Virus record (IMG/VR): IMGVR_UViG_2526164634_000020
Coordinates: 1-9,313 of that record
Reading direction: 5' to 3' (one strand)
Origin: a virus
Lineage: Duplodnaviria; Heunggongvirae; Uroviricota; Caudoviricetes
DNA: 9,313 nt
In this document: piece after piece, positions 5,909 through 9,313 of the stretch
Position numbering within the stretch: the first letter of the stretch is position 1
How the letters are laid out: every line of letters begins with the position of its first letter
The notes under the pieces: generated by a model
Seen by the model: only the letters and a program-made list of their open reading frames with translations
What the model was told of the DNA's origin: nothing
Database searches by the model: none
Position numbers and translations under genes: made by a program

Positions 5909-7048
5909 ATGAGCAGAAAAACCCAACGTTACTCTAAAGAGTTCAAAGCCGAAGCTGTCAGAACGGTTCTTGAAAATCAACTTTCGATCAGTGAAGGTGC
6001 TTCCCGATTATCTCTTCCTGAAGGCACTTTAGGACAATGGGTTACCGCCGCCAGAAAAGGGCTCGGTACTCCTGGTTCCCGCACGGTGGCTGAACTGGAA
6101 TCTGAAATTCTGCAACTGCGTAAGGCGTTAAATGAAGCTCGCCTTGAGCGAGATATATTAAATTGCACAGGAGTCGCTGAAAAATACGCGTTAATCGAAC
6201 AATGGCGACAACAATTTCCCATTGAAGCGATGTGTCAGGTATTTGGTGTATCCAGGAGCGGTTATTACAACTGGGTACAGCATGAACCCTCAGACAGAAA
6301 ACAAAGTGATGAGCGGCTAAAACTGGAGATTAAGGTGGCGCATATCCGCACTCGCGAAACATATGGAACCCGGCAGCTCCAGACGGAGCTGGCAGAGAAT
6401 GGCATCATCGTTGGTCGTGACCGACTGGCACGTCTTCGTAAGGAGCTAAGGCTACGCTGTAAGCAGAAACGCAAGTTCAGAGCGACTACGAACTCGAACC
6501 ACAATCTGCCAGTTGCGCCAAATCTGCTGAACCAGACGTTCGCTCCTACAGCACCAAATCAGGTCTGGGTGGCGGACCTGACGTATGTTGCCACACAGGA
6601 GGGATGGTTGTACCTCGCTGGCATCAAAGATGTTTATACGTGCGAAATTGTCGGCTACGCCATGGGAGAGCGCATGACAAAAGAGCTGACAGGTAAAGCC
6701 CTGTTTATGGCGCTCAGGAGCCAGCGCCCACCTGCCGGGCTAATCCACCACTCTGATCGAGGTTCACAGTACTGCGCATACGATTACCGTGTCATACAGG
6801 AGCAGTTTGGTCTGAAAACATCAATGTCGCGTAAAGGTAACTGTTACGACAACGCTCCGATGGAAAGCTTCTGGGGAACGCTGAAAAATGAGAGCCTGAG
6901 CCACTATCGTTTTAATAACCGGGATGAAGCCATCTCAGTAATACGGGAATACATTGAGATTTTCTACAATCGTCAGCGTCGTCACTCTCGTCTGGGGAAT
7001 ATCTCCCCGGCAGCCTTCAGGGAAAAATACCATCAGATGGCTGCTTAA
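5909..7048 (+). CDS. IS3-family transposase, single fused OrfAB-type ORF (379 aa)
   Basis: AAGGAG RBS 7 nt before the ATG; N-terminal HTH (MSRKTQRYSKEFKAEAVRTV...) and leucine zipper (ELESEILQLRKALNEARLERDIL) typical of IS3 OrfA, joined in frame to an rve/DDE core (VWVADLTYV, HHSDRGSQYCA, NAPMESFWGTLKNE, NRQRRHSRLGNISP). Confidence 0.9.
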   Translation: MSRKTQRYSKEFKAEAVRTVLENQLSISEGASRLSLPEGTLGQWVTAARKGLGTPGSRTVAELESEILQLRKALNEARLERDILNCTGVAEKYALIEQWRQQFPIEAMCQVFGVSRSGYYNWVQHEPSDRKQSDERLKLEIKVAHIRTRETYGTRQLQTELAENGIIVGRDRLARLRKELRLRCKQKRKFRATTNSNHNLPVAPNLLNQTFAPTAPNQVWVADLTYVATQEGWLYLAGIKDVYTCEIVGYAMGERMTKELTGKALFMALRSQRPPAGLIHHSDRGSQYCAYDYRVIQEQFGLKTSMSRKGNCYDNAPMESFWGTLKNESLSHYRFNNRDEAISVIREYIEIFYNRQRRHSRLGNISPAAFREKYHQMAA

Positions 7049-7061
7049 AAAAAGAACAAAT

Positions 7062-7091
7062 GGTAGTGTCCGCTATTGCCAGTACACCTCA
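7062..7091 (+). repeat. Right terminal inverted repeat of the IS3-family element
   Basis: See element entry; hand alignment, imperfect. Confidence 0.4.
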
Positions 7092-7202
7092 ACATTCCAC
7101 CATGCATTCCGATTAACGCCGCATAGCCAGTTGGACTTTGCTACTTTGTGAGAGGTAGTACCTTCTATCCAGTGCGAATCTAATTAATGGAATAAATGAT
7201 TT

Positions 7203-9199
7203 ATGAGTGAAAATGATACAATCCCAAAGAAGTCTACAAGTCAGATTAACAAAGCGGTATTCTTTACATCTGCTTTGCTAATTTTCCTTCTTGTCGCCTT
7301 TGCCGCCGTATTCCCGGATGTCGCCGACAAAATTTTAAACTACTTCAGCAACAAATCTTCACGAATGCCAGCTGGTTCTACATCCTTGCTGTGGCCCTGA
7401 TTTTACTGAGTGTCACGTTCCTTGGACTCTCACGCTACGGTGATATCAAGCTGGGCCCGGACCATGCGCAGCCTGATTTCGGCCACCACTCCTGGTTTGC
7501 GATGCTTTTTTCGGCAGGGATGGGGATCGGCCTGATGTTCTTTGGCGTTGCCGAACCTGTAATGCATTATCTTTCGCCACCCGTTGGCACTCCAGAAACC
7601 GTTGCGGCAGCTAAGGAAGCAATGCGTCTGACCTTTTTCCACTGGGGACTGCACGCATGGGCAATTTATGCCATTGTGGCGCTGATTCTGGCGTTCTTCA
7701 GTTACCGTCACGGTCTGCCTTTAACTCTGCGCTCCGCACTCTATCCCATTATTGGCGATCGCATATACGGACCTGTAGGACATGCGGTTGATATTTTCGC
7801 TGTTATAGGCACGGTCTTTGGCGTTGCGACATCACTGGGTTACGGTGTTTTGCAGGTGAATGCCGGTTTGAACCATCTTTTCGGGGTGCCCATCAATGAA
7901 ACGGTGCAGGTAATTCTGATCGTGGTCATCACGGGGTTAGCGACGATTTCAGTGGTGTCCGGTCTGGATAAGGGAATACGTATCCTGTCTGAACTCAATC
8001 TGGGTCTGGCTTTGTTGCTCCTGGCGCTGGTCCTGTGTCTGGGACCAACCGTGCTTCTGCTGAAGTCATTTGTGGAAAATACGGGCGGTTATCTTTCGGA
8101 ACTGGTGAGTAAAACGTTCAACCTTTACGCGTATGAGCCCAAGTCGAGCAACTGGCTGGGGGGCTGGACATTACTGTACTGGGGATGGTGGCTTTCATGG
8201 TCGCCGTTTGTGGGGATGTTCATCGCACGGGTCTCCCGCGGGCGAACCATTCGCGAGTTTGTCACCGGCGTGCTGTTTGTTCCCGCGGGTTTTACGCTAA
8301 TGTGGATGACGGTGTTTGGTAACAGCGCGATCTATCTCATTATGAACCAGGGGGCCACAGACCTCGCCAATACTGTTCAGCAGGATGTGGCGCTGGCCCT
8401 GTTTAATTTCCTGGAGCATTTCCCGTTCTCTTCTGTGCTGTCATTCATTGCAATGGCGATGGTCATCGTCTTCTTTGTAACGTCTGCTGATTCGGGGGCA
8501 ATGGTTGTGGATACTCTGGCATCAGGTGGAGTGGCAAACACACCCGTCTGGCAGCGAATATTCTGGGCCTCGCTCATGGGCATTGTTGCAATTGCGCTTC
8601 TCCTTGCCGGAGGGCTAAGTGCGCTGCAAACGGTGACAATAGCGAGTGCATTGCCCTTCTCAGTGATCTTACTAATATCTATATACGGACTTTTAAAAGC
8701 TTTGCGCCGGGATTTGACCAAGCGTGAAAGCCTGAGCATGGCGACAATTGCTCCTACGGCTGCACGTAACCCAATTCCTTGGCAGAGAAGGTTACGCAAT
8801 ATCGCGTATCTGCCGAAGCGATCTCTTGTGAAACGTTTTATGGACGACGTTATCCAGCCCGCCATGACGCTGGTTCAGGAGGAACTGAACAAGCAGGGGA
8901 CGATAAGCCACATTAGTGATGCAGTCGACGATCGTATTCGTCTTGAAGTCGATTTGGGCAACGAGCTGAATTTTATATATGAAGTGAGGCTTCGCGGGTA
9001 TATCTCACCGACCTTCGCGCTCGCCGCAATGGATAATGATGAGCAGCAGACTGAACAACATCGATATTATCGCGCTGAGGTTTATCTCAAAGAAGGCGGT
9101 CAAAATTATGATGTGATGGGCTGGAACCAGGAACAGCTGATTAATGACATACTGGACCAGTACGAAAAACACCTGCACTTCCTGCACCTGGTTCGTTAA
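7203..9199 (+). CDS. BCCT-family transporter, BetT-like choline/betaine transporter, with apparent -1 frameshift near the 5' end (possible pseudogene)
   Basis: BCCT signature WTLLYWGWWLSWSPFVGMFIARVSRGRTIREF; C-terminal cytoplasmic tail resembles BetT. The N-terminus (7203-7355, frame 3: MSENDTIPKK...ADKILNYFSNK) continues as IFTNASWFYILAVALILL... in frame 2; the shift lies at the A3 run 7353-7355. ORF-track entries 7203..7400 and 7391..9199 are one gene. Confidence 0.8.
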
Positions 9200-9261
9200 T
9201 AGCAACATGCCGTCCTGGGGGCGGCAATTATTATCCCGGCCGCAATATGGGGGAATGCAGA

Positions 9262-9313
9262 ATGATTTCACGCTGGAAATGGATGCTGAAGCAGACAATT
9301 AAAAAACTATGGT
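9262..9313 (+). CDS. Possible 5' end of a downstream gene (partial, unknown product)
   Basis: ATG 9262 with G-rich SD-like GGGGGAA about 7 nt upstream; frame open to the window end (MISRWKWMLKQTIKKLW...). Too short to classify. Confidence 0.2.
   Translation, partial: MISRWKWMLKQTIKKLW

Larger units (their letters stand above)
5845..7091 (+). mobile_element. IS3-family insertion sequence (about 1.25 kb) with imperfect terminal inverted repeats TGAGGT...ACCTCA
   Basis: Left end TGAGGTAGCCTGAGTTTAACGGACACTCC (5845-5873) versus reverse complement of right end (7062-7091) TGAGGTGTACTGGCAATAGCGGACACTACC, about 20/29 identical with TG...CA termini; no matching 3-4 bp target duplication (CAA versus ACA). 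Boundaries are approximate. Confidence 0.6.

Noticed and set aside
5977-6504. Minus-strand ORFs 5977..6222 and 6265..6504
   Set aside because: Antisense within the IS3-family transposase gene; Ser/Arg-rich translations.
6954-7151. 65-aa plus-strand ORF spanning the transposase 3' end and IS right end
   Set aside because: Out-of-frame overlap with the transposase and runs across the terminal inverted repeat; no RBS.
7430-8865. Minus-strand ORFs 7430..7711 and 8377..8865
   Set aside because: Antisense within the BCCT transporter gene, which carries an unambiguous family signature on the plus strand.
9005-9298. 97-aa minus-strand ORF at the window end
   Set aside because: Antisense to the transporter 3' end and the downstream intergenic region; hydrophobic but low-complexity translation from AT-rich sequence; no support.
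1-9313. CRISPR arrays, tRNA/rRNA genes, integrase or att site, retron or reverse transcriptase, toxin-antitoxin pairs
   Set aside because: Looked for regularly spaced direct repeats, tRNA T-arm motifs, tyrosine or serine recombinase motifs and RT motifs; found none. Absence by eye is not proof; tRNAscan/Infernal and HMM searches would confirm.

Overview
Read from sequence alone (no searches run), this window is the right-hand end of a defective lambdoid prophage joined to chromosomal DNA through two insertion sequences. Left to right: (1) the 3' two-thirds of a prophage nanS-p-like sialate O-acetylesterase gene, read through two apparent +1 frameshifts in homopolymer runs; (2) an intergenic region with a strong tR-prime-like intrinsic terminator; (3) a complete phage-21-type lysis cassette: pinholin S, SAR endolysin R, and spanins Rz with embedded Rz1; (4) an AT-rich accessory stretch of about 1.5 kb with a convergent small membrane-protein ORF and a stand-alone TonB C-terminal-domain lipoprotein gene, which I consider the most interesting candidate (possible superinfection-exclusion or TonB-decoy moron); (5) an IS10 copy with an intact transposase and inside end but lacking about 38 bp of its outside end; (6) an IS3-family element whose transposase is one uninterrupted 379-aa ORF; (7) a BetT-like BCCT transporter gene with an apparent -1 frameshift near its 5' end. 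No phage packaging or morphogenesis genes follow the lysis cassette, so the prophage appears truncated, plausibly by IS-associated deletion. All three frameshifts sit in homopolymers, so sequencing error and genuine pseudogenisation cannot be distinguished here. I found no CRISPR array, tRNA or rRNA.
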